This document shows positions 27,448 to 40,125 of a DNA stretch of 64,000 bases, in pieces; within the stretch, counting starts at the first letter, position 1, and every line of letters begins with the position of its first letter. The translations under genes and the position numbers were made by a program. The notes under the pieces are model-generated. The model was not told the DNA's origin. It saw nothing but the letters and a program-made list of their open reading frames with translations, and did no database searches. Where the stretch lies: positions 162,559 through 226,558 of the forward strand of contig NMRA01000195.1 in the NCBI GenBank assembly GCA_002633005.1, read 5' to 3'. The DNA is from Phoronis australis (Eukaryota; Animalia; Phoronida).

Positions 27448-27710
27448 GCAGAAGCGGATTTACCGGGGGTGAGGCTCAGGGGGTTTAAAACCCCTCCGCT
27501 AGGACAGGTTCAAAAAACATCGCCTGGGACGGGATCTAAAAAAAGAAATTAATAAAACGTGGCCAGGAAAACGAAATCAGCTACAAACACCAAAATATTG
27601 TTACAATGGAAGGGCTAACCCCCTCCCCCAAACTCGGTGCTACCCGCCTCGGATTCGCCCGAANCCCCCCCCCCCCCCTCAGTCTTAATGAAAACGTAGA
27701 TTTGCCACTG
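27448..27710. mobile_element. CAGTGGCGGAT-type G/C-tract MITE (related ends at ~23790-23830, 54620-54748, 29420-29480 and 61620-61700)
   Basis: Ends GAAAACGTAGATTTGCCACTG, nearly identical to 54727-54747, with internal G and C tracts. Confidence 0.55.
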
Positions 27711-29518
27711 AAATGTCCAATACTAGACACTAAATAGTTACGATAAAGAGATAATAATTGCGGGAGCCTGATTCATGATAGAATGCACTGGCCAACTTTC
27801 AACTGAGAATTACAGATTTTTTTCTCAGACAAAACTTCAACAGTTCTTCGGAGCTTTTTCATAAAACTCTTAAAGTGTTCTATTTTCTTAAGTGAATGTG
27901 TTTTTCTTTTTCTTTTATTTTCGCAAATTTGCTAGGCCAATGATCGCCGAACTCACTGTTCCACCACGTCTTCAATAAAGGCACCCAACGACCGTGACGT
28001 AGTAAGATATTGAAATACGGTACGTAAAAAGCGAGAAAATATCTCGATTGCTACAGGTCGTGGGTCTAGAGAGTCTGGGGTCGAGGTGGTGGTGGGTAGT
28101 GAGGGAGTCTAGGGGTATGGGAGTCGAGGGGTTTTTAGAACAATCCCTTGTTTTCCGTATCATAAATACGTCAAGTTACATTGTCAGAGTTACGGAAGAC
28201 TCGGAGAGGTTTCTTTATCTTTGAGACAAAAATATTGCATAGCGACATTGTTAGAAATTCAGTTCTTGACCCGCCAAATTTGTACTTAAAACATTTAATA
28301 GATCGTGAAACAAGAGTGTGCAGTAAGTATCGTGTTTTGTCTGGAGTGAGACTGTGGGGGTGTTGTGGTTTATGTACGCTTCTGTATAAGTTGTGGGCCG
28401 ATATTTCTCATAAAAAATCGTGCTACAAAACACATAATATAAAGTGCCGATTTCGACAAAGGTATGGAACATATATAACGGAACATCAGACAGTGGTTGG
28501 CGGCTTTCGTTAAAACGTTGGCGAGTTGAGGATTTTTGCTGGAGGAAGTAAAACCGGTGGCGACCGGTCGGATTTCGGCATCGGGGGGACTGGTGGTTAC
28601 GGGGGGGGAGCATGTGACCCGGCACTTGCTGGCGACTAAGAGGTGGCATACTCCTACGCCTTCATTCTGGCAAAGGTGTGTACTCATGCTCCCGATAGTC
28701 AAGTCCAGATACCTATGCCTAATGAACGTTTGCAGGGTGCCATACATTAATACTGGTGCCATCGAGTTGGTATTTGAGTGATTGTTGAGAATACATCGGC
28801 CATATCTAACCCCCGTGAATATAAATAGTTACTTTCATACACAGTCACTGCACAAGGTATGTTGACATGCCTATGTTGAATTACTGGGTTGGTCTATGAG
28901 CTTAAGAACTTAGGGGGGAAGATGTTACATAATACTCAGTTGATTGCACTTATTTGCTGTGGGCCACGCTTAACCTGGTCATCGAAATTGTGCATTCAGT
29001 TATCGTGAAAAATTCAAAGTGTACAAGGGTAAATGACCGTACAGCGCAAAGGGCCATATTTATCATTGGGGTTACCGTGTAGCTGCGTTCCTTGAAAGAA
29101 AAAGCTCATAAGTACAGCTGTACCGCTTACGAATATAAAGCTGATCTCAGCTGGTTCCTTACCCCGGTGAGAATGGCCTTCCATAGACGCAAACGGGCCG
29201 CCCCACCAAGGAGCACCGCCTAACGAAATTGAACATCGTGCACCTAAACATCAAAAAGTATACGGAATCAGGAATTTTCCATGAAATGTATACGCGTGGA
29301 GTATATATTTGTAAATTTCTTAGAAATTATGGACGCATTTAATTTGAGAGCTTTGGTTTAGTCTGTAATAAGAATAGTTTGGTTTGTGCACTTCAGGTAT
29401 TCTATAGAATCATTGGGAGCGCACCAAATAGGGGGGTGGGGGGCTACAGCCCCCACTTATTCCAGTTCTGAGCCGCCCATGTGCAATAATATGAGTTATT
29501 TTTGTTTCAGGTTGGACA

Positions 29519-29636
29519 ATGTTCCAGTTAATCCACTTTGTTGCGGTAGCTCTTATTTGGCTGGTGTACAAATTCCACCAATGGAGAAGTAACGTCCTCC
29601 TGAAAATTCCAGGACCAACGCCATTGCCTTTTATAG
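29519..29636 (+). CDS. Cytochrome P450 (clan 2, CYP17-like), coding exon 1
   Basis: MFQLIHFVAVALIWLVYKFHQWRSNVLLKIPGPTPLPFIG: membrane anchor plus proline hinge. Acceptor at 29510 upstream of the ATG; donor G|GTAAGG. Confidence 0.9.
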
Positions 29637-30318
29637 GTAAGGCGTCGCAGAAGTGGAATCATTTTCACTTCCCGCCTGAATAATGCATGCTGTGTAGTTT
29701 TTGATCTTCACTTTATGTTGTCATACATTTACTCCATGTTTACGTGTGGTCGATAGATGGAATACCACTAGGCCAACAGTCGTGTCAACGGCATCCCCTC
29801 TCATGAAGATCCCATCGCGTACTGGCTTGTCATAGTTATCTTTAAAATAGTATTTTGGCAGATAAATGGGCAGCCCTATCAGAGAAATACGCAAAGTAAC
29901 TTAGCAACGAAGAATGGCCCTTCGCATCGTTTACCGTTGAATCCATGTTGAAGTCTGGTGGCTAACGGCACCACGCAGTTAATCTTTAGACAGCGCGGAG
30001 GGGTTAGGTACAGCAGCAGTGAACAGCATTGTTGCGACACCTATCACGCTAGTCAACTGATGTGACTTTCAAACTAGTGTAGGCAAGTCAATACGGTCAG
30101 GGACTGTGTTTTCGTAATCAGCTGCCTGCTGGAAGCTGCAATGAGTTTACATTTGTCTTGAGTTCCAATACTATTAAAGACAACGACGTAGGCCTACGTT
30201 AAAGTATTCAAATAGTTTTGTTAAAAGTCACGTACATGTACATGTACATGAACATGGGGTTGGTAAGCTGTAGTTATTCTCAGGATTTGTGCGGTGGTTA
30301 GATTATAATGTTCCGCAG

Positions 30319-30490
30319 GTAATATACACCAGCTGGAAACAAAACAGCCTCACATTCAACTCACACGTTGGAAGGAAGTATACGGCGACATTTTCCGGGT
30401 GAATATCTTTGGCGAATACAGTGTCGTTGTCAACAAAGTTGATGGACTGAGGGATGTACTTGTTGACAAAGGAGTTGAATTTGGTGGCAG
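30319..30490 (+). CDS. Cytochrome P450 coding exon 2
   Basis: GNIHQL...WKEVYGDIFRVNIFG...EFGGR; AG/GT boundaries, phase 1 to 2. Confidence 0.9.
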
Positions 30491-30793
30491 GTAACAAATA
30501 TTAAAAGTAGCCATAAAATGCTAAAATATGTGCTCCTACATGTAAATAGGGGGCAACATCGCAGACAAATTCCACAAGAAATTCTTGCTGGTGATCGTTT
30601 ACTTCAGGCCCACAGATCAAACCAATTTATAGAACTCTCCTTCTGCCTTCGCCCTGGTCAAATAATGTACCTGGATTAATCAATTTTGTAATCTCATTCA
30701 TTAGGAATTTCTTAATTATTAACATATCATAAACTCGCAAAAAATGAGAACAGCATGCAACGAAATAGCAAATCTCATTTTGTATGTTTTCAG

Positions 30794-30925
30794 GCCCCAA
30801 ACATTTCGGTCCGAGATGTGTTTTGCGGGAAAAGATATCGCATTCCAGCCGTACTCGCCTCACTTGCAGCATGTCCGGAAAATCGCTCACTGGGCTCTTA
30901 GGAGCTTCAGTGTAGGCATGGACAG
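30794..30925 (+). CDS. Cytochrome P450 coding exon 3
   Basis: RPQTFRSEMCFAGKDIAFQPYSPHLQHVRKIAHWALRSF; phase 2 to 2. Confidence 0.9.
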
Positions 30926-32081
30926 GTATGAGTTCTTAAAATAACAATAGATGAAATGGTAATTCGAAAACTGTCGCATTGCGCTTAGTCACGCCTGTTT
31001 CTTAAATCTCGCGCACATCTCCACTTCGCCAGTATGTGGAATTTGAAACCCCACCCAGCAGCCAAGCTGGTTTCATTGATCTCAATTTTACCCAGTTTTC
31101 TGTTGCGAAAGGGGAGCCGGCATCATGCTTAGCGTGGACATCCGCTCTGGTCATGGTGGGATTGTGCTAATTGCCGAAACATTGTTTCTACCTATTTGTG
31201 TAAACCATGTGTGAAACTCCCTTCATTATAAACAAATCTATGCAATTTGTTTTTAACGCGTACTAAATCGACCCAGAAATATTTAAGTTGCAACCTGCGT
31301 TGGCGTTCACTCCCAGTGGTCCAATACACTTTCCAAAAACTGATAGATCACGAACAATAACGAATGTGCTACCTGTCCAATTGATATGGTTCGGGGCAAT
31401 CGTTTGTGGAAAGCATACATGTACGTAACCTGTCTGCTGATTCTTCATCTTTCACACAGACTACATCAATATTTTGTCTTTATATGTAATGTTTACTAGT
31501 TTTTCGTTGTGGACGTGCATCATTCAAAATCTGCATTTATTTGTTTTGGAAGCGTTCGAACATACATGTACAGGTACCTAGAAATTTTTGATACATTCAA
31601 CCCGAGTCCCGTGAGCACACTCTCGAAAAAACGACCCAAAATCAATAACGTGCACGCAGCGTAATTGATACACGTACTTGGCTTGAGTGTAATCATTAGA
31701 AGGCATTCACCTCTTAAATTTATGTAACCTGTCTTGAGATGATCTTTACTTCAACCAGTATTTTGACATAAAATATTATTACATATTTCCTCTGAGATTA
31801 CTAGCAGTGAACGAGTTTCCTCTCACTTCAACAGCCCGATCGTCTTGACTCAATGATATTTTTCCAAATTTAATTCGATTCCTCGTCATCTATATCACTT
31901 TTCTAAATTGATCACAGTCTAAACTTTGTTCCTGCTTTGATGAAATTTCAAACTCTGCTGTAGGCCTACTTTGTATTGGTTGACGAAATGTTGAAAGATT
32001 ACGCGAAAACAATAATTTTAGGAATTTGGTGTTATTGATTGTAAGCTACAATGAAAATGAACGTTTTGATTTGGTTGAACA

Positions 32082-33094
32082 CTTACATGTAGGCTTGAGT
32101 GGGTAAACCTTACATGTAGGCTTGAGTGGGTAAACCTTACGTGTAGGCTCGAGTGGGTAACCCTTACATGTAAGCTTGAATGGGTAACCCTTACATGTAG
32201 GCTTGAGTGGGTAACCCTTACGTGTAGGCTTGAGTGGGTAACCCTTACATGTAGGCTTGAGTGGGTAACCCTTATATGTAGGCTTGAGTGGGTAACCCTT
32301 ACATGTACATGTAGCCTTGAGTGGATAACCCTTACATGTAGGCTTGAGTGGGTAACCCTTACATGTAGGCTCGAGTGGGTAACCCTTACATGTAGGCTTG
32401 AGTGGGTAACCCTTAAAAAAAAAAAAAAAAAAAAAACAGTGCAGGTGGTCTGATGTCATTTGCGGTGCATCAGACGTGCGCAGGCCTCATGGTTGGGCCC
32501 ATTGCACAAAACACCTGAGCAAAGGCACGAGACCCCAATTATGGCTCCTCGTGAAGAAAGTTTTCAAGTCTGCCAGTCTCCTTTAGGAAAACGGACAGAC
32601 GTTTCCATTTGTTGCCATGCACTATATGTTGTAGGCATGTAACAATGCCATCCAGTAGGTTGCTCCTTAGCCTATAAAAAGCTGGGCAAGACTCTACCAG
32701 GTGTTTAGGAGATTCTACGTCAGTACCACACTCGGGACACACAGGGCTCCTCATATGCCCAGTAATGTGTCTGTGTCGGGCTAGGTTGCAGTGGCCCGTC
32801 AAAATTTGAATGACGTGTCTTATACCCAATCTATCTAGACTCAGAAGGCTTTTTGAACCTTTTGGTTCGATCACGTTGGGAAAATTCTCCTTGGTTTCTC
32901 GGCAGGAGTTAAGTGATGCCCACTGGGCTGCTGACTGGGTATGTACCCAGTTGCGTATACTCATCCTGCAACATCCGTAAGATACCGGGATAGCAGGGTA
33001 ACCCTTACATCGATGTAGGCTTGAGTGGGTAAAACTTACATGTAGGCTTGAGTGGGTAACCCTTACATGTAGGCTTGAGTGGGTAAACCTTACA
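32082..33094. repeat. Intronic 27-bp minisatellite (ACATGTAGGCTTGAGTGGGTAACCCTT), ~12 plus ~3.5 units split by a LINE insertion
   Basis: Directly visible at 32082-32414 and 32996-33094. Confidence 0.95.
32415..32995 (-). mobile_element. 5'-truncated LOA/R1-like (I-group) non-LTR retrotransposon
   Basis: Intact ORF end CRETK..LLSLDR..QILTGHCNL..H..CPECG..ESPKHLVESCPAF, stop at 32539, structured 3' UTR, 22-nt homopolymer tail, and a ~12-bp TSD GGGTAACCCTTA. Confidence 0.85.
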
Positions 33095-33404
33095 GCCAGG
33101 AAATGGAATGTGTGAGCCTTGAGTTCGGACTTATGGTGAACCTCCATTAGGATAGAGACTTCTGGCATGTTTCATGAAAAGTGGTTTTTAGGTTTCAGAC
33201 ATAAATTTCTACATAACATACTCAATTTTTGATGATGTTGCTAAAACTGGCGATGACATGTTTGTCTTGCCTGCTCTCCTGCCTGCCTGTCTGCCAGTTT
33301 GTCAGCCTGGCTGTCAGCCTGGCAGCCTGTTTATGTGTATGTACATGTTTATGTAATACGAAAGTGTATATGAATATGTCTAATGTTTGTGATCATTTGA
33401 GCAG

Positions 33405-33528
33405 ACTTGAGGCGACAATTACGGAGGAGACGGCGGAAATGCTGCAAATAATGTCGGACTTTAAGGGTGAGGCGTTTGATCCTAACCCGATATTTCACAC
33501 CGGACTTTGCAACATGATGACATCAATA
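33405..33528 (+). CDS. Cytochrome P450 coding exon 4
   Basis: RLEATITEETAEML...GEAFDP...NMMTSI; phase 2 to 0. Confidence 0.9.
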
Positions 33529-34016
33529 GTAAGCCGTCTTTAAAGTATTGCCTTTCGAAAACCAATTGCTCAGTCGCTGATTTGAATGGATAACTGGAAA
33601 AGAGCAGAGTTGTTTAATCGGCACGTTTCTGAAAGCATTTTAGTGCTTCTTACCGTTCCCCATGGTTTGTTTGATAAAGAAAATGCTATCCAGGGGAGGT
33701 TGTGGAGAGCAATGTGTATCAATAATGACGCCAACATATTCGTGTAGTCGACGCTGACTGTATGCGAAAACGTTTGGTGAGCGTAAAAGATAGACATAAA
33801 GTTCGCCCTCTTTAACAAAATATATTGTGCCGTATCACACATCTGTCAACATTTCTTGATATGATATGTTGTTCAACAGTTCCTGTGACCTCTGTTTGTT
33901 TTGATATTGGTTAACTGTTAAAACCATCGATACTTACAGAATCTAATTACATGTAAATGTAATTATTGACATGCAAATATAGTGCTCAGCTGCTCAATGG
34001 GGTGTTTTTCGTTCAG

Positions 34017-34229
34017 ATTCTTGGAAAGCGATTCAAGTCGACGGATGTAGAAGTAAAGCAAGTTCTTCTGATAGATGAGTTGTTTAACACAGGTCTTCAT
34101 CCCATCAACGGAGCGGAACTGGACAAGTTTCCGTGGTTACGGTATCTTGGCAACAGGAGCTACAAAATATTGAAACAAGCGACAAGAGTACGAGACGAAT
34201 TTATCGAAAAACATTTCCGAATTTGTAAG
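34017..34229 (+). CDS. Cytochrome P450 coding exon 5
   Basis: ILGKRFKSTD...LDKFPWLRYL...HFRICK; phase 0 to 0. Confidence 0.9.
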
Positions 34230-36077
34230 GTGGGTGTAGAAATGTGTTTATCCCATAGGAATCGAGCTTATTAACTGCTAAAAAGCGTCATGTGTAACCC
34301 GGTTAGACCTGTGAAAAAGTGCAATTATGCCAGATAAGGACAAAGCATAATGGAACTTATGGAACACTTGAATGCATTTCAAAGAACTAAGCTCATATGC
34401 TTGGATGATACAACACTTACATTATAAAATGCTGTTTAAACAAAAATAACTTTGATCATCCGACTCAAAAAACACAATAATGCCCAGTTGAAGTTATGGC
34501 AATCCGTAAAAGGTTGAGGAAGTTTGAAGACGCAAATCAGCAAGTTGACAAACTTTGTGAGCGATGGTCTCAGGAATCACCGGCTCCAGTGAACTGCACA
34601 TGCACGACAATCTTGAAGTGCTTAAATCCATTGATTTCAATTTTTTGAAGATGACTAACGCGTCAACATCACTGGATCGTTCTTTTTACCACCGTATTTC
34701 AGTTCAACATTTCAAAAACTAGAAAGTAGAAGAAAAGCGTTATAAGATGAAAGTTCTTTAGGTCAATGGAGACGAGTGTGTTGTGTGAACTCATCCAGTA
34801 CCAGTGTTTCAAGTCCACCAACACGAAAATTTCTTGTTTAAACTATTGCCATATCTGTGCCTCTCAGGAATACGCGGTAAAGCGAAAAGAGCTATAGCGC
34901 GCTCAAGTACTAAGTTGTTAAAATCACATGTACCACAAACTCAACATCATATATTATTATAACGCAAACCACGGGAAAACGAACAACAATATCTGCCGCC
35001 TTTTTTAAACTAAACACATTGGAGGATGCTTGACGTTGTGATTGGTTGTCCGGACTCTCCGTAATATCTATCGATCAATACTTGCCTTTTAGCTCTAGAT
35101 CAGCTGATTAACTAATAGTCTGACATCTCTTGTTTGTTTTCTCATTTGATATCTGATCGACTTTTTGACTTGATAGTTTCAAGCAATTTAACCTAAAGTT
35201 GTTAAGCTGAAGAAAAAATCCCTTTCTACATAACAGGTCGCTACACCAGTGTTGAGAGAAATCTACCAACTGTGTTAACTGTCGTTTTATGCTTACCTTT
35301 ACATGTATACACGAACAGATGTGAACACTGTACATAATTCAGTCATGTTTGCCTAAGCTCTTGGGACAGCGCTTTGTCTTCTTGCCCCGTTTCAGGATTT
35401 AAGTAAAATCGACAAAACAGTATTCGTGAAGGATAACACGGCTACTGCATAGTTCCAGACGTATATGATTTATCATGCTCACTCTCGTGGTAGCTTTTTA
35501 TTGTCTTCGTGGCCGTTGTGCGTACCACGCCACCATACATGTCTATTCACTGCTGGTAGAAGACTCGTGACGAGGTATATAATGAGTTTAAGTTTAGTGT
35601 TAGTTGTTTGACAGGTCTTCTTGGAAAAGCATGGCTCCGTTTACACCTACTACAATATCTACATCGTACCATTGGCATTATGTGTTCCCGTTTTGGGTTG
35701 AACACGTCTGCGCTGATTTTTGTATTGCACATCACAGAGGCAATTTCAATTTATGTCTCCGCTTTTGAAGTATATTTAAAATGTAGCATTGATTTTAGAA
35801 TGTCATTTTAACACTCTTTAGAGTAAAATTGCCACTGCACCTGACTTTATCTATATTTAGCTATTCGCTGAATCTCAGTGCGATTTAAGCTAGGTCATGC
35901 ATCTACAGGTATGAGCAGAACCGTTGTTGATTTTCGGCTGGCTCCTACCGTAGAAATATTTTTTTAAAATCGCCCGCTTTGTAGTTTTACTCCTAGAGAT
36001 CCGTGCAATGGGGGCATGTGAACTTCCGACGTTTCTCTGTGTAGCTTTTGCCATGTTTTATCCAAACTATTTCCCAG

Positions 36078-36225
36078 GAAGCGCTGAACCCTAGTGACAT
36101 TCGAGGAATCTTGGAAGCGCTGTTTGTAAATCAGAAGCCATCCAACAACAACGAGCCATACGGACCTGCTGGTAACATCGACGACCAAGATATAAAAGGA
36201 ATCGTCAACGACCTTATTGTTGCAG
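36078..36225 (+). CDS. Cytochrome P450 coding exon 6
   Basis: EALNPSDIRGILEAL...IVNDLIVAG (start of the I-helix); phase 0 to 1. Confidence 0.9.
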
Positions 36226-36672
36226 GTAACCCATTATGATTACTAAGAATGAATAATAATATTGCAGCTGTGCGATGCACGACCCATTTCCCAAAAATCC
36301 TACACATGGCCTTATGGTGTGAACTGTAACTACAGTCCACTGAAGGCTCATACCTGCTCATTATTGCAATTGGAAGAACAAAATCATTCCTAAGATTTCA
36401 ACAAATTCTTTGTTGAATGTGATATCAGCTTTCCCTCGCACCTATCCCTAACTCGTATGCGAAAATTAATAGCGTATTGTTGACAGCTTGAAAGCATACT
36501 TCTAATTACGTTGCGATCAATAGATGTGAATTTATATATGTGCATGCGCGTATGTGCCTGTGCACCCTCCACGCGTGCATAATGTATTTCCGTAGTATTT
36601 TTTGCTTTTTATCGTCTTCATTTCTCGTCAGTAGGTAGACTTACAGTACTGTTACTTCAAATACTATTTCAG

Positions 36673-36767
36673 GCACAATTACCACTACTACTGCTCTGAC
36701 CATTTCGTTGCTCGTTCTCATAAACCGCCCAGATATTAAAAGAAAATTGCACGATCAAGTGGATCAG
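36673..36767 (+). CDS. Cytochrome P450 coding exon 7
   Basis: GTITTTTALTISLLVLINRPDIKRKLHDQVDQ (I and J helices); phase 1 to 0. Confidence 0.9.
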
Positions 36768-38362
36768 GTGAGCTCACTTATGCAGATATTGTGTTTAATG
36801 GAGCATGCACTTATAATCCAGACTCAAGACTTTGTGAGATATCACCGTGGATTTCAAGCAAAACACGCGATCACACCAGCTACCTCAGCAAAATACTTGT
36901 GTCTACACAACTCCAAGTTGATGTCATCCATTAACGATATTTCAGAGCTTTTTTCAAGAAATTGGCCATTTTAACAATGTTTCACAAACGTCTGCAAAAT
37001 GCTTTGTCTTAATTCTCGGGTACTTCAAATACGAAATGTACTAACCGTGTAGCGAGAAAAAGATTTAGAAACGTTGGAAACGCACAACTGCGTGGAAATT
37101 TGTTGAATACTTATCCGAGGTAAAAAGGTTACGGGGCTCTCACTCATAACGAATCTCCATCCAGGAATAAGGCAGCCCCATAATGTACCATCAGTCCCTC
37201 CATTTGCCGAGTCGCCATATAATTGTGTCAACGACGTGTACAAAAGATATAAAGATAACAGGAAACACGAATACAAAACGCAGCTTTGATCCCGAGAGCG
37301 ATATGTTTCTGCATGCATACGACGGGAACAAATGCTACGAGTCGCCTCACGCCTGTATGACTTTATGTTCACGAGCACTGTGAGTTGTGAAAAGATAAAC
37401 ATGAAAATCCTCAATTAAATTCCTTGATTCGGGTAGCTTGCTAGTGAGATCACTCAGTTCTAAAGGCTCGCATGGATATCTCGCAAAAATTGACTAGCAG
37501 TGTGTAGCACCGTATTTGTAGTCATAAAGCTGTTGTTGATAGCTATACTTTCTTTTTGGCTGGTAATTATACTAGTAAAGGCAAGACATCCGACATGTCG
37601 TTGACGTCATTTCAACATTAAATAGGGACTTTGATGAAGTGCTTGAAAATTTGTTTCAGGAGTGCCCTCAAAACAGTTCGCTTTTGATCTTATATTCTTC
37701 GGTGTTTTTCTACTGGTTCTCAACGTATTTTATGCCTGTTAACTCCGATGAAGTTCCGATCACAATGCTAAAGTTGCTATGATTTTACACAAATCATGCA
37801 AGACCTGTCAATTTCTAATTTTCCACTGCGCAACTACTGTACTAGATTACGCACCTCCTGTTGGCAGTTTACACTCATCCACAGTTTTTATGTTTTCGGT
37901 GTCATTTTAGGTCGGAGCAAGAGGCTATCTCTTAAAATAGTGCATTGAGATTAATATTATGAATCGCTTGGAATGATAATTCCAGGTAATGCAAAAAAGG
38001 GTCCTGGTTGTGGTTAATACGGAGGCCAAATGAAAATTGCACAATGAGTTTCTAACATAATCCAAATTCTTAAGGGACATAGTTACACGTAAGTTTGTGG
38101 CAACGTATATATTTTTCGTAACTGAATCAGAGATAATCGAAGCGAACACTTTCGTTTTCGAGATACCCGGTACAACATCAATCGGGGGAACTAAATATAC
38201 GAACTCATAATAGCAGGAAGAGATAACCAGGAAGGGACAACTAGCTAAACCGCCGTTTTTGGCCTCCTTCCCCGGACTAATTTTAGGACTTAAGTTTCGT
38301 TTAAAAGGAAACAGATGATTTCATCAGAGAGATTAAAGCTTTTTCTATAGAAGGATATCAAN

Positions 38363-38968
38363 CATGTTCGTACCAGTCCCGGCGGCCGCGACGGGTCTGA
38401 TCGCCGGAGTTCCGAGCCACTAGCCGGGATAACGAGTCAGCCCAGCCGCGACGGGCCTGTCTGATCGGGTTCCGAACTCACAAAAAATCACAAATAAGGG
38501 TGTATAAACAACACAGATCAACTGTAGGTTCTCCTGTCTGTGTTTTATGGAAGAATACTTCGAATTTATCTCCGAACAGACCCCAAACTCCTGCTACTGA
38601 CCTTGGTAAATTGGCCTGCCGAACTTTGTATGCGGCGGTGTGACCAAATACCAGTAAATCCGTAATTGCGAAATGAAACAACACGTTTTAATAAAAACTC
38701 GGCGTATTTTTAAGGGCTTTGCATCGAAGTTTGATGATTTATTGGTGTTAAACGATGGATTCACTGAAGGGATGAGCTGGCACCAGTAACCCGTGTCCAG
38801 TGTGGTTGGTTGAACAGACGGCGTGATAAACCAATTACGTCATTCGATAATTTCAACACCTCCGTTTGCCGTCAGGTGTCAGGTAACGCAACCGAACCTG
38901 CCGTTATCGAGTAGAACTACTCGATCTAAATTGATACAAAATAGGTTGTTTTTGGGTGGCATGCTCCT
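38363..38968 (+). mobile_element. Kolobok-type element copy 2 (one end only, starts at gap N 38362), intronic in the CYP gene
   Basis: Reverse complement of ~9422-10090; ends GGGTGGCATGCTCCT. Confidence 0.85.
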
Positions 38969-39522
38969 TAAATGTAATTTAAATTCTTTACAGGTTATTC
39001 GTACATTCTACTGACTGAATTAGCTTGGTGTTTGATACTGACATAATCGTGCAGACGTTTGCTTTTGACTGAGGCGTGGTGTTCTCTCAATTTGTCAACT
39101 TAGACAAATGCAACGTCTATAGGCTTTGTGTCAGTAACAATCAAGGTGAAATATCAAAAACGCTGCAACAGTTTTCAGAATATCATTTCGTTATTTTATG
39201 CTGCTATTTTTGACGAAAATCGTGCGCCAATTTTCTTGATAACCTGTGAAAAAAAACAAAAAACAACTTCCTAAAAGCTTTTTAGATAGCAGTACATACA
39301 TTTTAATATCTGAAAAGTCCATGTGAATAGGATCTGCCATGTCTGGGATATGATGTTCAGTGCGCCAAATTTGGCAATTTTAGGGCCCTACATAACATTT
39401 ACTTTGTACAAATGAGGAAAATACTCATACGGGCTTACACCAGCTTTTGCTGGAAGACCAATATGTCGTTAAGCTATTGATGGAGAGAAAAATCTTGCAA
39501 TGACATGCAGCGTTGTCAACAG

Positions 39523-39650
39523 GTGCTGATCAATGTCTGGAACGTTCACCACGATGAAGAAAACTTTGTGGATCCATGGAGTTTCAAGCCCGAGAGGTTT
39601 CTTGACGACCAGGGTCAACTGGTTTCCCCCGACCATCCAGCTCGCAGAAA
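39523..39650 (+). CDS. Cytochrome P450 penultimate exon (PERF motif)
   Basis: VLINVWNVHHDEENFVDPWSFKPERFLDDQGQL; phase 0 to 2. Confidence 0.92.
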
Positions 39651-40125
39651 GTGAGTATGGAATCGCCAAACAATGCTATGCAAAATGCTGTCAATGGGAC
39701 AGGTCGTATCACTTTCACGTTTTTGGTTTGTACGTTTTTCAAAGAACCTACCACGAATTTTTCAAAATTTACGATAGGTAAAATGCACATGTGCAGCAAC
39801 TTGCTGGATTTTGTTGTTGTTGCTAAATGAGTGAAGCTTGTTACATGTAAACGTTTTTGCGTTCATTGACGTGTTCTGTTAACGGAGTAGTGAAATTATA
39901 GCTCAACGACTGTTCCTCCAACAATAGTCAGGTTTTGCTAAAAGTAAATCTTTCTCTATCACTCACAAATACGACTAGGTCTCTTAAAAGGCCAGGAAAT
40001 ACAGAGTTGCTATTGATGAGTATATTCCGTAGATGGCGGACGTCTTTTGGCTTCAAGCCTCTTGTTTCCGTCAAATCAATGATTGACGCTTGAATGCGTT
40101 CTACATGGTATTGTTCGCTCTTTAG

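Noticed and set aside
32046-32459. ORF with KGYPLKPTC repeats
   Set aside because: Translation of the intronic minisatellite and the homopolymer tail.
37911-37945. TTTTAG|GTCGGAGCAAGAGG as the missing CYP K-helix exon (also 38994 VIRTFY and ~39331 DLPCLGYDV)
   Set aside because: The first two hit stops within a few codons and none contains PY..A...ExxR; the resemblance is probably chance.
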